64,000 nt of DNA, taken from NCBI RefSeq assembly GCF_022846255.1, contig NZ_AP025682.1; one strand, 5' to 3'. Below are positions 19,849-31,879 of the stretch, one piece after another. Position 1 is the stretch's first letter; each line of letters opens with the position of its first letter. The notes below the pieces were generated by a model. It had not been told where the DNA came from and searched no databases. It saw nothing but the letters and a program-made list of their open reading frames with translations. The position numbers were made by a program, and so were the translations under genes. Source of the stretch: Escherichia coli. GTDB taxonomy: Bacteria > Pseudomonadota > Gammaproteobacteria > Enterobacterales > Enterobacteriaceae.

Positions 19849-21318
19849 ATGGGTTCCGAAACTAAAACTACAGAAGCGCCGGGCTTACGCCGTGAATTAA
19901 AGGCGCGTCACCTGACGATGATTGCCATTGGCGGTTCCATCGGTACAGGTCTTTTTGTTGCCTCTGGCGCAACGATTTCTCAGGCAGGTCCGGGCGGGGC
20001 ATTGCTCTCGTATATGTTGATTGGCCTGATGGTTTACTTCCTGATGACCAGTCTCGGTGAACTGGCTGCATATATGCCGGTTTCCGGTTCGTTTGCCACT
20101 TACGGTCAGAACTATGTTGAAGAAGGCTTTGGCTTCGCGCTGGGCTGGAACTACTGGTACAACTGGGCGGTGACTATCGCCGTTGACCTGGTTGCAGCTC
20201 AGCTGGTCATGAGCTGGTGGTTCCCGGATACACCGGGCTGGATCTGGAGTGCGCTGTTCCTCGGCGTTATCTTCCTGCTGAACTACATCTCAGTTCGCGG
20301 CTTTGGTGAAGCGGAATACTGGTTCTCACTGATCAAAGTCACGACAGTTATTGTCTTTATCATCGTTGGCGTGCTGATGATTATCGGTATCTTCAAAGGC
20401 GCGCAGCCTGCGGGCTGGAGCAACTGGACAATCGGCGAAGCGCCGTTTGCTGGTGGTTTTGCGGCGATGATCGGCGTAGCTATGATTGTCGGCTTCTCTT
20501 TCCAGGGAACCGAGCTGATCGGTATTGCTGCAGGCGAGTCCGAAGATCCGGCGAAAAACATTCCACGCGCGGTACGTCAGGTGTTCTGGCGAATCCTGTT
20601 GTTCTATGTGTTCGCGATCCTGATTATCAGCCTGATTATTCCGTACACCGATCCGAGCCTGCTGCGTAACGATGTTAAAGACATCAGCGTTAGTCCGTTC
20701 ACCCTGGTGTTCCAGCACGCGGGTCTGCTCTCTGCGGCGGCGGTGATGAATGCAGTTATTCTGACGGCGGTGCTGTCAGCGGGTAACTCCGGTATGTATG
20801 CGTCTACTCGTATGCTGTACACCCTGGCGTGTGACGGTAAAGCGCCGCGCATTTTCGCTAAACTGTCGCGTGGTGGCGTGCCGCGTAATGCGCTGTATGC
20901 GACGACGGTGATTGCCGGTCTGTGCTTCCTGACCTCCATGTTTGGCAACCAGACGGTATACCTGTGGCTGCTGAACACCTCCGGGATGACCGGTTTTATC
21001 GCCTGGCTGGGGATTGCCATTAGCCACTATCGCTTCCGTCGCGGTTACGTATTGCAGGGACACGACATTAACGATCTGCCGTACCGTTCAGGTTTCTTCC
21101 CACTGGGGCCGATCTTCGCATTCATTCTGTGTCTGATTATCACTTTAGGCCAGAACTACGAAGCGTTCCTGAAAGATACCATTGACTGGGGCGGCGTAGC
21201 GGCAACGTATATTGGTATCCCGCTGTTCCTGATTATTTGGTTCGGCTACAAGCTGATTAAAGGAACACACTTCGTACGTTACAGCGAAATGAAGTTCCCG
21301 CAGAACGATAAGAAATAA
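19849..21318 (+). CDS. lysP: Lysine-specific permease (APC family)
   Basis: 489-aa ORF, 12-TM amino-acid permease, recognised sequence. Confidence 0.93.
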   Translation: MGSETKTTEAPGLRRELKARHLTMIAIGGSIGTGLFVASGATISQAGPGGALLSYMLIGLMVYFLMTSLGELAAYMPVSGSFATYGQNYVEEGFGFALGWNYWYNWAVTIAVDLVAAQLVMSWWFPDTPGWIWSALFLGVIFLLNYISVRGFGEAEYWFSLIKVTTVIVFIIVGVLMIIGIFKGAQPAGWSNWTIGEAPFAGGFAAMIGVAMIVGFSFQGTELIGIAAGESEDPAKNIPRAVRQVFWRILLFYVFAILIISLIIPYTDPSLLRNDVKDISVSPFTLVFQHAGLLSAAAVMNAVILTAVLSAGNSGMYASTRMLYTLACDGKAPRIFAKLSRGGVPRNALYATTVIAGLCFLTSMFGNQTVYLWLLNTSGMTGFIAWLGIAISHYRFRRGYVLQGHDINDLPYRSGFFPLGPIFAFILCLIITLGQNYEAFLKDTIDWGGVAATYIGIPLFLIIWFGYKLIKGTHFVRYSEMKFPQNDKK

Positions 21319-21339
21319 GTTTCCTCCCTTCCTTGCTAA

Positions 21340-21366
21340 GCCCTCTCAACCGAGAGGGCTTTTTCA
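21340..21366 (+). terminator. Rho-independent terminator of lysP
   Basis: GCCCTCTC-aacc-GAGAGGGC followed by TTTTTCAATT. Confidence 0.8.
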
Positions 21367-21394
21367 ATTCCATTTCCCTGACAAATCATGCGGA

Positions 21395-21445
21395 TATAAA
21401 ATTTATCATTTGGATTGATAATTGTTATCGTTTGCATTATCGTTA
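21395..21445. promoter_or_regulatory. Fur box cluster in the cirA promoter
   Basis: GATAATTGTTATC at 21417-21429 plus adjacent ATTTATCATT and GCATTATCG hexamer arrays matching the Fur consensus GATAATGATAATCATTATC. Confidence 0.7.
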
Positions 21446-21610
21446 CGCCGCAATCAAAAAAGGCTGACAAATCAGAGGCTGTGCCGGCTTTCTGGGATGA
21501 TCACCTGCATACAAATAAGTCCACCGCGATGCTGCCGTACGCAAGGGGACGTGAAGAAGATGTGAGCGATAACCCATTTTATTTTCGTAGTTACCTCATG
21601 GAGATATGGA

Positions 21611-23602
21611 ATGTTTAGGTTGAACCCTTTCGTACGGGTCGGGCTGTGTTTGTCCGCTATTTCTTGTGCATGGCCTGTGTTAGCGGTCGATGATGATGGC
21701 GAAACGATGGTTGTCACTGCATCTTCCGTTGAACAAAACCTTAAAGATGCTCCCGCCAGTATTAGCGTCATTACCCAGGAAGACCTGCAGCGAAAACCGG
21801 TACAGAATCTGAAGGATGTCCTCAAAGAAGTGCCTGGCGTACAACTGACGAACGAAGGGGATAACCGTAAGGGCGTTAGTATTCGTGGTCTGGACAGCAG
21901 CTACACCCTGATTCTCGTCGACGGTAAACGCGTTAACTCCCGCAATGCCGTCTTCCGCCACAATGATTTCGATCTGAACTGGATCCCGGTCGATTCCATC
22001 GAACGTATTGAAGTGGTCCGTGGCCCGATGTCGTCGCTGTACGGTTCCGATGCGCTCGGCGGTGTAGTGAATATCATCACCAAAAAAATCGGTCAGAAAT
22101 GGTCGGGCACCGTTACCGTCGATACCACCGTTCAGGAACATCGCGATCGCGGTGATACCTATAACGGTCAATTCTTTACCAGCGGACCATTAATTGACGG
22201 CGTGCTGGGAATGAAAGCTTACGGCAGCCTGGCAAAACGTGAAAAGGATGACCCGCAAAACTCAACGACCACCGATACCGGAGAAACGCCGCGTATTGAA
22301 GGATTCTCCAGCCGCGACGGCAATGTCGAATTTGCCTGGACACCGAATCAAAATCACGATTTTACTGCCGGATACGGTTTCGACCGTCAGGATCGTGATT
22401 CCGACTCGCTGGACAAAAACCGCCTGGAACGCCAGAACTACTCCGTCAGCCATAATGGGCGTTGGGATTACGGCACCAGCGAACTGAAATACTACGGTGA
22501 GAAAGTCGAGAACAAAAACCCTGGCAACAGCAGCCCGATAACTTCCGAAAGCAATACGGTCGACGGCAAATACACGTTGCCGCTGACGGCGATTAATCAG
22601 TTTCTCACGGTTGGCGGTGAATGGCGTCACGACAAACTTAGCGATGCGGTGAACCTGACCGGGGGAACCAGCTCCAAAACGTCTGCCAGCCAGTACGCGC
22701 TGTTTGTGGAAGATGAATGGCGGATCTTCGAGCCGCTGGCGCTGACGACCGGCGTGCGTATGGACGATCACGAAACCTACGGTGAACACTGGAGTCCGCG
22801 TGCCTACCTGGTTTATAACGCCACCGACACCGTAACGGTGAAAGGGGGCTGGGCGACGGCATTTAAAGCCCCTTCTCTGTTGCAACTTAGCCCTGACTGG
22901 ACGAGCAATTCCTGCCGTGGCGCATGTAAGATTGTGGGTAGCCCGGATCTGAAACCAGAAACCAGCGAAAGTTGGGAGCTGGGGCTTTACTACATGGGTG
23001 AAGAAGGCTGGCTGGAAGGGGTTGAATCCAGCGTTACCGTTTTCCGTAACGATGTGAAAGATCGTATCAGCATTAGCCGTACGTCTGACGTCAATGCTGC
23101 ACCGGGCTACCAAAACTTTGTCGGTTTTGAGACGGGCGCTAACGGACGGCGCATACCGGTATTTAGCTACTACAACGTTAACAAAGCTCGTATTCAGGGC
23201 GTGGAAACCGAACTGAAAATTCCGTTCAACGATGAATGGAAACTGTCGATCAACTACACCTACAACGATGGTCGTGATGTCAGCAACGGCGAAAACAAAC
23301 CGCTATCCGATCTGCCGTTCCATACTGCTAACGGTACGCTGGACTGGAAACCGCTGGCGCTGGAAGACTGGTCATTCTATGTTTCTGGTCACTATACCGG
23401 GCAGAAACGCGCCGACAGCGCGACGGCTAAAACACCGGGCGGTTATACCATCTGGAATACCGGCGCGGCCTGGCAGGTGACTAAAGACGTCAAACTGCGC
23501 GCAGGCGTGCTGAACCTTGGCGACAAGGATCTCAGTCGTGACGACTACAGCTATAACGAAGACGGACGTCGTTACTTTATGGCAGTGGATTATCGCTTCT
23601 GA
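21611..23602 (+). CDS. cirA: TonB-dependent outer-membrane receptor for catecholate siderophores / colicin Ia-Ib receptor
   Basis: 663-aa ORF with signal peptide, TonB box (ETMVVTAS), and a C-terminal beta-barrel ending in aromatic F. Confidence 0.93.
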   Translation: MFRLNPFVRVGLCLSAISCAWPVLAVDDDGETMVVTASSVEQNLKDAPASISVITQEDLQRKPVQNLKDVLKEVPGVQLTNEGDNRKGVSIRGLDSSYTLILVDGKRVNSRNAVFRHNDFDLNWIPVDSIERIEVVRGPMSSLYGSDALGGVVNIITKKIGQKWSGTVTVDTTVQEHRDRGDTYNGQFFTSGPLIDGVLGMKAYGSLAKREKDDPQNSTTTDTGETPRIEGFSSRDGNVEFAWTPNQNHDFTAGYGFDRQDRDSDSLDKNRLERQNYSVSHNGRWDYGTSELKYYGEKVENKNPGNSSPITSESNTVDGKYTLPLTAINQFLTVGGEWRHDKLSDAVNLTGGTSSKTSASQYALFVEDEWRIFEPLALTTGVRMDDHETYGEHWSPRAYLVYNATDTVTVKGGWATAFKAPSLLQLSPDWTSNSCRGACKIVGSPDLKPETSESWELGLYYMGEEGWLEGVESSVTVFRNDVKDRISISRTSDVNAAPGYQNFVGFETGANGRRIPVFSYYNVNKARIQGVETELKIPFNDEWKLSINYTYNDGRDVSNGENKPLSDLPFHTANGTLDWKPLALEDWSFYVSGHYTGQKRADSATAKTPGGYTIWNTGAAWQVTKDVKLRAGVLNLGDKDLSRDDYSYNEDGRRYFMAVDYRF

Positions 23603-23611
23603 TGAGAAGAT

Positions 23612-23627
23612 GCCCGGCGAACCGGGC
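23612..23627. terminator. Short GC hairpin between convergent cirA and yeiG
   Basis: GCCCGG-cgaa-CCGGGC; no strong U-tract on either side, so termination function is uncertain. Confidence 0.4.
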
Positions 23628-23633
23628 GGACTT

Positions 23634-24503
<870 letters not shown>

Positions 24504-24727
24504 TCATCATACCGTTTATTCAATGTGCTGTGAGTAACTTTCACTTCCGTATTTGCATAACGATGTTTTAACATCTGCTGATGAAAGGCAGCGGCAATTA
24601 CAATAATTATCGCTGTGAATACTGGATTATGTGCGCCGCCTCACGCACAATAATCAGACTGTAAATCAGCTTAATAACTTTGCCCCCACGCAGGGCGGAG
24701 GCGTCACACCTGCAGGAGAAATCATAA

Positions 24728-25396
24728 ATGCCATCACTCAGTAAAGAAGCGGCCCTGGTTCATGAAGCGTTAGTTGCGCGAGGACTGGAAACACCGCTGC
24801 GCCCGCCCGTGCATGAAATGGATAACGAAACGCGCAAAAGCCTTATTGCTGGTCATATGACCGAAATCATGCAGCTGCTGAATCTCGACCTGGCTGATGA
24901 CAGTTTGATGGAAACGCCGCATCGCATCGCTAAAATGTATGTCGATGAAATTTTCTCCGGTCTGGATTACGCCAATTTCCCGAAAATCACCCTCATTGAA
25001 AACAAAATGAAGGTCGATGAAATGGTCACCGTGCGCGATATCACTCTGACCAGCACCTGTGAACACCATTTTGTTACCATCGATGGCAAAGCGACGGTGG
25101 CCTATATCCCGAAAGATTCGGTCATCGGTCTGTCAAAAATTAACCGTATTGTGCAGTTCTTTGCCCAGCGTCCGCAGGTACAAGAACGTCTGACGCAGCA
25201 AATTCTCATTGCGCTACAAACGCTGCTGGGCACCAATAACGTGGCTGTCTCTATCGACGCGGTGCATTACTGCGTGAAGGCGCGTGGCATCCGCGATGCA
25301 ACCAGTGCCACGACAACGACCTCTCTTGGTGGATTGTTCAAATCCAGTCAGAATACGCGCCACGAGTTTCTGCGCGCTGTGCGTCATCACAACTGA
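24728..25396 (+). CDS. folE: GTP cyclohydrolase I
   Basis: 222-aa ORF, recognised sequence (…[15 protein letters not shown]…). Confidence 0.95.
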
Positions 25397-25412
25397 TAAA
25401 AAGGCAGGAACC

Positions 25413-26570
25413 GTGGAGCGCAACGTCACGCTCGATTTTGTTCGCGGCGTCGCCATTCTGGGGATCCTGCTATTAAACATCAGCGCCTTTGGGTTACCAA
25501 AGGCGGCTTATCTCAATCCCGCCTGGTACGGCGCTATTACGCCACAGGATGCATGGACCTGGGCATTTCTCGATCTCATCGGCCAGGTGAAATTCCTCAC
25601 GCTTTTTGCGCTGTTGTTTGGTGCGGGGCTGCAAATGTTGCTGCCCCGTGGCAGACGATGGATCCAGTCGCGGTTAACGCTGTTAGTCTTGCTGGGCTTT
25701 ATTCACGGTTTATTGTTCTGGGACGGCGATATTCTGCTGGCTTACGGGCTGGTGGGCTTAATCTGCTGGCGGCTGGTGCGCGATGCGCCATCGGTAAAAA
25801 GCCTGTTTAATACCGGCGTCATGCTTTATCTGGTGGGGCTTGGCGTTTTGCTGTTATTGGGGTTGATTTCCGATAGCCAGACCAGCCGCGCCTGGACACC
25901 TGATGCATCGTCTATTTTGTATGAAAAACACTGGAAACTTCACGGTGGTGTTGACGCGATCAGTAATCGTGCCGATGGTGTTGGCAACAGTTTACTGGCA
26001 CTGGGCGCACAGTATGGCTGGCAACTGGCAGGGATGATGCTCATTGGTGCCGCATTGATGCGCAGTGGCTGGCTGAAAGGGCAGTTCAGCTTTCGTCACT
26101 ATCGTCGTACTGGTTTTGTGCTGGTGGCGATTGGAGTGATCATTAACCTTCCTGCCATCGCCCTGCAATGGCGACTGGACTGGGCGTATCGTTGGTGCGC
26201 CTTCTTACTTCAGATGCCGCGGGAACTGAGTGCGCCGTTTCAGGCGATTGGCTATGCGTCGCTGTTTTATGGCTTCTGGCCGCAATTAAGCCGCTTTAAG
26301 CTGGTGCTGGCAATCGCCTGTGTCGGACGGATGGCACTGACCAACTATCTATTGCAAACGCTGATTTGTACTACGCTTTTTTACCACCTCGGTTTGTTTA
26401 TGCAGTTTGACCGTCTGGAGCTGCTGGCGTTTGTTATTCCGGTATGGTTGGCGAATATCTTCTTCTCTGTTATCTGGCTGCGTTACTTCCGCCAGGGGCC
26501 GGTGGAATGGCTCTGGCGTCAGTTAACTTTGCGTGCTGCCGGACCGACAATATCTAAAACATCAAGATAA
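25413..26570 (+). CDS. yeiB: DUF418-family inner membrane protein
   Basis: Track ORF 25284..26570 overlaps the folE 3' end; trimmed to GTG 25413 (preceded by AGGAA) giving 385 aa. Confidence 0.8.
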   Translation: MERNVTLDFVRGVAILGILLLNISAFGLPKAAYLNPAWYGAITPQDAWTWAFLDLIGQVKFLTLFALLFGAGLQMLLPRGRRWIQSRLTLLVLLGFIHGLLFWDGDILLAYGLVGLICWRLVRDAPSVKSLFNTGVMLYLVGLGVLLLLGLISDSQTSRAWTPDASSILYEKHWKLHGGVDAISNRADGVGNSLLALGAQYGWQLAGMMLIGAALMRSGWLKGQFSFRHYRRTGFVLVAIGVIINLPAIALQWRLDWAYRWCAFLLQMPRELSAPFQAIGYASLFYGFWPQLSRFKLVLAIACVGRMALTNYLLQTLICTTLFYHLGLFMQFDRLELLAFVIPVWLANIFFSVIWLRYFRQGPVEWLWRQLTLRAAGPTISKTSR

Positions 26571-26600
26571 CGATCTGGATCACATTCGTTAACAAAACGG

Positions 26601-26635
26601 CTGTAACCGTTTCCATTGCTGTGACTCGATTCACG
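26601..26635. promoter_or_regulatory. galS promoter elements: GalR/GalS operator-like site plus CRP-like site
   Basis: CTGTAACCGTTTCCAT (operator-like, 26601-26616) and TGTGActcgatTCACG (CRP-like, 26620-26635) about 80-110 nt upstream of galS. Confidence 0.55.
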
Positions 26636-26711
26636 AAGTCCTGTATTCAGTGCTGACAAAATAGCCGCCAGCAAGCAGTCATTTACTGCAATCTCATAAC
26701 AGGTAGTGAAT

Positions 26712-27752
26712 ATGATCACCATTCGTGATGTAGCGCGTCAGGCTGGCGTCTCTGTGGCAACGGTTTCCCGGGTGCTCAATAACAGCACGCTGGTCAGTGC
26801 CGATACGCGTGAAGCAGTAATGAAAGCCGTGAGTGAGCTGGATTATCGGCCAAACGCCAATGCCCAGGCGCTGGCAACTCAGGTTAGCGATACCATTGGC
26901 GTGGTGGTGATGGACGTTTCTGATGCGTTTTTCGGCGCGCTGGTAAAAGCGGTGGATCTGGTCGCCCAGCAGCATCAGAAATACGTGCTAATCGGCAATA
27001 GCTATCATGAAGCGGAAAAAGAGCGTCACGCCATTGAGGTGTTAATTCGCCAGCGTTGTAATGCGTTGATTGTTCACTCAAAAGCATTGAGTGACGATGA
27101 ACTGGCACAATTTATGGATAACATTCCCGGTATGGTGTTAATCAACCGCGTTGTGCCGGGGTACGCCCATCGTTGCGTTTGCCTGGATAATCTCAGCGGT
27201 GCCCGAATGGCGACGCGCATGTTGCTGAATAACGGTCATCAACGTATTGGTTATCTTTCTTCCAGCCACGGCATTGAAGATGACGCCATGCGTAAAGCAG
27301 GCTGGATGAGTGCGTTGAAAGAGCAGGATATTATTCCGCCGGAAAGCTGGATTGGCACTGGTACGCCGGACATGCCGGGCGGTGAGGCGGCGATGGTTGA
27401 ACTGCTGGGGCGCAATCTACAACTAACCGCTGTATTTGCTTATAACGACAATATGGCCGCTGGCGCACTGACAGCATTAAAAGATAATGGCATTGCGATT
27501 CCGTTACATCTCTCAATCATTGGTTTCGATGATATTCCCATCGCCCGTTACACCGACCCGCAATTAACGACTGTGCGTTATCCCATTGCTTCAATGGCTA
27601 AATTAGCTACCGAACTGGCCTTGCAGGGGGCAGCAGACAATATTGATCCTCGTGCCAGCCACTGTTTTATGCCGACGTTAGTGCGTCGCCATTCTGTCGC
27701 AACACGCCAGAATGCGGCGGCGATCACTAACTCAACAAATCAGGCGATGTAA
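26712..27752 (+). CDS. galS: LacI/GalR-family repressor GalS (mgl repressor)
   Basis: [24 protein letters not shown]... HTH plus periplasmic-binding-protein-like fold; 346 aa from ATG 26712. Confidence 0.92.
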   Translation: MITIRDVARQAGVSVATVSRVLNNSTLVSADTREAVMKAVSELDYRPNANAQALATQVSDTIGVVVMDVSDAFFGALVKAVDLVAQQHQKYVLIGNSYHEAEKERHAIEVLIRQRCNALIVHSKALSDDELAQFMDNIPGMVLINRVVPGYAHRCVCLDNLSGARMATRMLLNNGHQRIGYLSSSHGIEDDAMRKAGWMSALKEQDIIPPESWIGTGTPDMPGGEAAMVELLGRNLQLTAVFAYNDNMAAGALTALKDNGIAIPLHLSIIGFDDIPIARYTDPQLTTVRYPIASMAKLATELALQGAADNIDPRASHCFMPTLVRRHSVATRQNAAAITNSTNQAM

Positions 27753-27780
27753 CCGCTTTCAATCTGTGAGTGATTTCACA
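27747..27780. promoter_or_regulatory. mglBAC regulatory region: GalR/GalS operator-like site adjacent to a perfect CRP site
   Basis: ATGTAACCGCTTTCAAT (27747-27763) followed by TGTGAgtgattTCACA (27765-27780). Confidence 0.6.
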
Positions 27781-28031
27781 GTATCTTAACAATGTGATGG
27801 CTATGATTGCACCGTTTTAACGTTGTAACCCGTATGTAACAGTGAATAATCACTTTCACCGAGGTAATAGCGTCATAACAACAATTAAAGCCGTTTTCTG
27901 GAGCGTTACCGGGCATGGAAGAACGAATTTTAAAAAGTGAGCTTCGGCGTTCAGTAACACTTCATTAACTCTACTGCCCCGCCGAGCATTTATCTCAAGC
28001 ACTACCCTGCATAAGAAAAACCGGAGATACC

Positions 28032-29030
28032 ATGAATAAGAAGGTGTTAACCCTGTCTGCTGTGATGGCCAGCATGTTATTCGGTGCCGCTGCACACGCT
28101 GCTGATACTCGCATTGGTGTAACAATCTATAAGTACGACGATAACTTTATGTCTGTAGTGCGCAAGGCTATTGAGCAAGATGCGAAAGCCGCGCCAGATG
28201 TTCAGCTGCTGATGAATGATTCTCAGAATGACCAGTCCAAGCAGAACGATCAGATCGACGTATTGCTGGCGAAAGGGGTGAAGGCACTGGCAATCAACCT
28301 GGTTGACCCGGCAGCTGCGGGTACGGTGATTGAGAAAGCGCGTGGGCAAAACGTGCCGGTGGTTTTCTTCAACAAAGAACCGTCTCGTAAGGCGCTGGAT
28401 AGCTACGACAAAGCCTACTACGTTGGCACTGACTCCAAAGAGTCCGGCATTATTCAGGGCGATTTGATTGCTAAACACTGGGCGGCGAATCAGGGTTGGG
28501 ATCTGAACAAAGACGGTCAGATTCAATTCGTACTGCTGAAAGGTGAGCCGGGGCATCCGGATGCAGAAGCACGTACCACTTACGTGATTAAAGAATTGAA
28601 CGACAAAGGCATTAAAACTGAACAGTTACAGTTAGATACCGCTATGTGGGATACCGCTCAGGCGAAAGATAAGATGGACGCCTGGCTGTCTGGCCCGAAC
28701 GCCAACAAAATCGAGGTGGTTATCGCCAACAACGATGCGATGGCAATGGGGGCGGTAGAAGCGCTGAAAGCACACAACAAGTCCAGTATTCCGGTGTTTG
28801 GTGTTGATGCGTTGCCAGAAGCTTTGGCGCTGGTGAAATCCGGTGCGATGGCGGGAACCGTGCTGAACGATGCTAACAATCAGGCAAAAGCGACTTTTGA
28901 TCTGGCGAAAAATCTTGCTGAAGGCAAGGGGGCCGCTGACGATACCCACTGGAAAATAGACAATAAAATTGTCCGCGTACCTTATGTTGGCGTAGATAAA
29001 GACAACCTGGCTGAATTCAGCAAGAAATAA
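28032..29030 (+). CDS. mglB: Periplasmic D-galactose/D-glucose-binding protein
   Basis: 332-aa ORF with signal peptide (…AAAHA) and recognised sequence. Confidence 0.95.
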   Translation: MNKKVLTLSAVMASMLFGAAAHAADTRIGVTIYKYDDNFMSVVRKAIEQDAKAAPDVQLLMNDSQNDQSKQNDQIDVLLAKGVKALAINLVDPAAAGTVIEKARGQNVPVVFFNKEPSRKALDSYDKAYYVGTDSKESGIIQGDLIAKHWAANQGWDLNKDGQIQFVLLKGEPGHPDAEARTTYVIKELNDKGIKTEQLQLDTAMWDTAQAKDKMDAWLSGPNANKIEVVIANNDAMAMGAVEALKAHNKSSIPVFGVDALPEALALVKSGAMAGTVLNDANNQAKATFDLAKNLAEGKGAADDTHWKIDNKIVRVPYVGVDKDNLAEFSKK

Positions 29031-29038
29031 GACTGATT

Positions 29039-29061
29039 GGGCGCAGTCGTTTACTGCGCCC
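29039..29061 (+). other. Intercistronic stem-loop between mglB and mglA (likely mRNA-stability/attenuation element)
   Basis: GGGCGCAGT-cgttt-ACTGCGCCC with only a weak U-tract. Confidence 0.5.
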
Positions 29062-29090
29062 TTATTGTATGGCCAACAAGGTAAAATTAT

Positions 29091-30611
29091 ATGGTCAGCT
29101 CAACGACTCCGTCTTCCGGGGAATACTTGTTGGAAATGAGCGGTATCAACAAGTCTTTTCCTGGTGTTAAGGCACTTGATAACGTTAACTTAAAAGTCCG
29201 ACCACATTCTATCCATGCATTAATGGGGGAAAATGGTGCGGGAAAATCAACATTATTAAAATGCCTGTTTGGTATTTATCAAAAAGACTCCGGCACCATT
29301 TTATTCCAGGGTAAAGAGATCGATTTCCATTCCGCCAAAGAAGCACTGGAAAATGGTATTTCGATGGTACATCAGGAGTTAAACCTGGTATTACAACGTT
29401 CGGTGATGGACAACATGTGGCTGGGGCGATATCCCACCAAAGGCATGTTTGTCGATCAGGACAAAATGTACCGCGAAACCAAAGCGATTTTTGATGAACT
29501 GGATATTGATATCGATCCGCGTGCGCGCGTCGGTACATTATCTGTTTCGCAAATGCAGATGATCGAAATCGCCAAAGCGTTTTCCTATAACGCGAAAATT
29601 GTGATTATGGATGAACCGACTTCTTCGTTAACCGAAAAAGAGGTCAATCATCTGTTCACTATTATTCGTAAATTAAAAGAGCGCGGCTGCGGTATTGTTT
29701 ATATCTCGCATAAAATGGAAGAAATCTTCCAGTTATGTGATGAAGTTACCGTATTGCGCGACGGTCAGTGGATCGCTACCGAACCGCTGGCAGGGCTGAC
29801 GATGGACAAGATCATCGCCATGATGGTTGGGCGCTCTCTTAACCAGCGTTTCCCTGACAAAGAAAACAAGCTGGGCGAAGTGATTCTGGAAGTGCGTAAC
29901 CTGACGTCGCTGCGCCAGCCGTCGATTCGCGATGTCTCGTTTGATCTGCATAAAGGGGAGATCCTCGGTATTGCCGGTCTGGTGGGAGCGAAACGTACCG
30001 ATATTGTTGAGACGTTATTTGGTATTCGCGAGAAATCGGCTGGCACCATTACGTTGCACGGCAAAAAGATCAATAACCATAATGCCAACGAAGCCATAAA
30101 CCACGGATTTGCACTGGTAACTGAAGAGCGCCGTTCAACGGGAATTTATGCCTATCTGGATATTGGCTTTAACTCGTTAATTTCCAATATCCGCAACTAT
30201 AAAAATAAAGTTGGTTTACTGGATAACTCGCGGATGAAAAGCGATACCCAGTGGGTGATTGATTCGATGCGGGTAAAAACACCGGGGCATCGGACGCAAA
30301 TTGGTTCGCTCTCCGGTGGTAATCAGCAAAAAGTGATTATTGGTCGCTGGCTGTTAACGCAACCAGAAATATTAATGCTCGATGAACCGACGCGCGGTAT
30401 TGATGTTGGGGCTAAGTTTGAGATTTATCAGTTAATTGCCGAACTGGCGAAGAAAGGCAAGGGGATTATTATTATCTCCTCCGAAATGCCAGAGTTGTTA
30501 GGGATAACAGACCGTATTCTGGTTATGAGCAATGGTCTCGTTTCCGGAATTGTCGATACAAAAACAACAACGCAAAGCGAAATTCTGCGTCTTGCGTCTT
30601 TGCACCTTTAA
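29091..30611 (+). CDS. mglA: Galactose/methyl-galactoside ABC transporter ATP-binding protein (duplicated ABC domains)
   Basis: 506-aa ORF with Walker [10 protein letters not shown] and a second ABC domain. Confidence 0.95.
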   Translation: MVSSTTPSSGEYLLEMSGINKSFPGVKALDNVNLKVRPHSIHALMGENGAGKSTLLKCLFGIYQKDSGTILFQGKEIDFHSAKEALENGISMVHQELNLVLQRSVMDNMWLGRYPTKGMFVDQDKMYRETKAIFDELDIDIDPRARVGTLSVSQMQMIEIAKAFSYNAKIVIMDEPTSSLTEKEVNHLFTIIRKLKERGCGIVYISHKMEEIFQLCDEVTVLRDGQWIATEPLAGLTMDKIIAMMVGRSLNQRFPDKENKLGEVILEVRNLTSLRQPSIRDVSFDLHKGEILGIAGLVGAKRTDIVETLFGIREKSAGTITLHGKKINNHNANEAINHGFALVTEERRSTGIYAYLDIGFNSLISNIRNYKNKVGLLDNSRMKSDTQWVIDSMRVKTPGHRTQIGSLSGGNQQKVIIGRWLLTQPEILMLDEPTRGIDVGAKFEIYQLIAELAKKGKGIIIISSEMPELLGITDRILVMSNGLVSGIVDTKTTTQSEILRLASLHL

Positions 30612-30626
30612 GATTAGGGGCTTCCC

Positions 30627-31637
30627 ATGAGTGCGTTAAATAAGAAAAGTTTTCTTACTTACCTGAAAGAGGGCGGTATTTACGTCGTTCTTTTAGTTTT
30701 GCTGGCGATTATTATTTTCCAGGACCCAACATTTTTAAGTCTGTTGAACTTAAGTAATATTCTCACCCAGTCATCGGTGCGTATTATTATCGCGCTTGGT
30801 GTGGCAGGGTTAATTGTCACCCAGGGGACTGACCTTTCCGCAGGTCGCCAGGTGGGGCTGGCGGCAGTAGTAGCAGCGACGTTATTGCAGTCCATGGATA
30901 ACGCTAACAAAGTGTTCCCGGAAATGGCGACGATGCCGATTGCGCTGGTTATTCTGATTGTCTGTGCCATTGGTGCGGTGATCGGTTTGATCAACGGGCT
31001 GATTATCGCCTATCTCAACGTGACGCCGTTCATTACCACGCTCGGCACGATGATTATCGTCTACGGCATTAACTCGCTCTATTACGACTTTGTCGGGGCG
31101 TCGCCAATTTCCGGTTTTGACAGTGGCTTCTCTACCTTTGCTCAAGGCTTTGTCGCGCTGGGGAGTTTCCGTCTCTCTTACATCACCTTCTATGCGTTGA
31201 TTGCGGTGGTGTTTGTCTGGGTGTTATGGAACAAAACCCGCTTCGGTAAGAACATTTTTGCCATTGGCGGTAACCCGGAAGCGGCGAAAGTATCTGGTGT
31301 CAACGTCGGCCTGAACCTGCTGATGATCTACGCGTTGTCTGGTGTGTTCTATGCCTTCGGCGGGATGTTAGAAGCCGGACGTATCGGCTCAGCCACCAAC
31401 AACCTCGGCTTTATGTATGAGCTGGATGCTATCGCGGCGTGCGTGGTAGGCGGCGTATCGTTCAGCGGCGGTGTGGGGACGGTAATTGGTGTGGTGACCG
31501 GGGTGATTATTTTTACCGTCATTAACTATGGCCTGACGTATATCGGCGTAAACCCGTACTGGCAGTACATCATCAAAGGGGCGATTATTATCTTTGCCGT
31601 GGCGCTGGATTCACTGAAGTACGCGCGTAAGAAATGA
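30627..31637 (+). CDS. mglC: Galactose/methyl-galactoside ABC transporter permease
   Basis: 336-aa polytopic membrane protein. Confidence 0.93.
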   Translation: MSALNKKSFLTYLKEGGIYVVLLVLLAIIIFQDPTFLSLLNLSNILTQSSVRIIIALGVAGLIVTQGTDLSAGRQVGLAAVVAATLLQSMDNANKVFPEMATMPIALVILIVCAIGAVIGLINGLIIAYLNVTPFITTLGTMIIVYGINSLYYDFVGASPISGFDSGFSTFAQGFVALGSFRLSYITFYALIAVVFVWVLWNKTRFGKNIFAIGGNPEAAKVSGVNVGLNLLMIYALSGVFYAFGGMLEAGRIGSATNNLGFMYELDAIAACVVGGVSFSGGVGTVIGVVTGVIIFTVINYGLTYIGVNPYWQYIIKGAIIIFAVALDSLKYARKK

Positions 31638-31695
31638 TGTAAATGTGGTCCGCATTCGGTCATAAACGCACATAACATCATGGTCTGTGTGGTTT

Positions 31696-31877
31696 TGTAG
31701 GCCGGATAAGGCGTTCACGCCGCATCCGGCGACAGGAGCCAAATGCCGGATGCAACGCTGGCGCGTTTTATCCGGCCTACAATGAGCTCAACATACTGAT
31801 TTGTATGGTTTTGTAGGCCGGATAAGGCGTTCAAGCCGCATCCGGCGACAGGAACTAAATGCCGGATGCGTCGCTGG
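31696..31877. repeat. BIME cluster: about four REP units in alternating orientation (two tandem ~115-bp units)
   Basis: Repeated TGTAGGCCGGATAAGGCGTTCA(C/A)GCCGCATCCGGCGACAGGA and inverted GCCGGATGC...CCGGCCTACA copies. Confidence 0.85.
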
Positions 31878-31879
31878 TT

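Noticed and set aside
19849-19860. Possible N-terminal amino-acid difference in LysP (MGSE… here versus the MVSE… I recall for K-12)
   Set aside because: Relies on memory of the reference sequence; a single conservative codon difference cannot be judged without an alignment.
22262-23113. 283-aa minus-strand ORF antisense to cirA
   Set aside because: Overlaps the cirA beta-barrel coding region; Arg/Gly/Val-rich composition; no independent signals.
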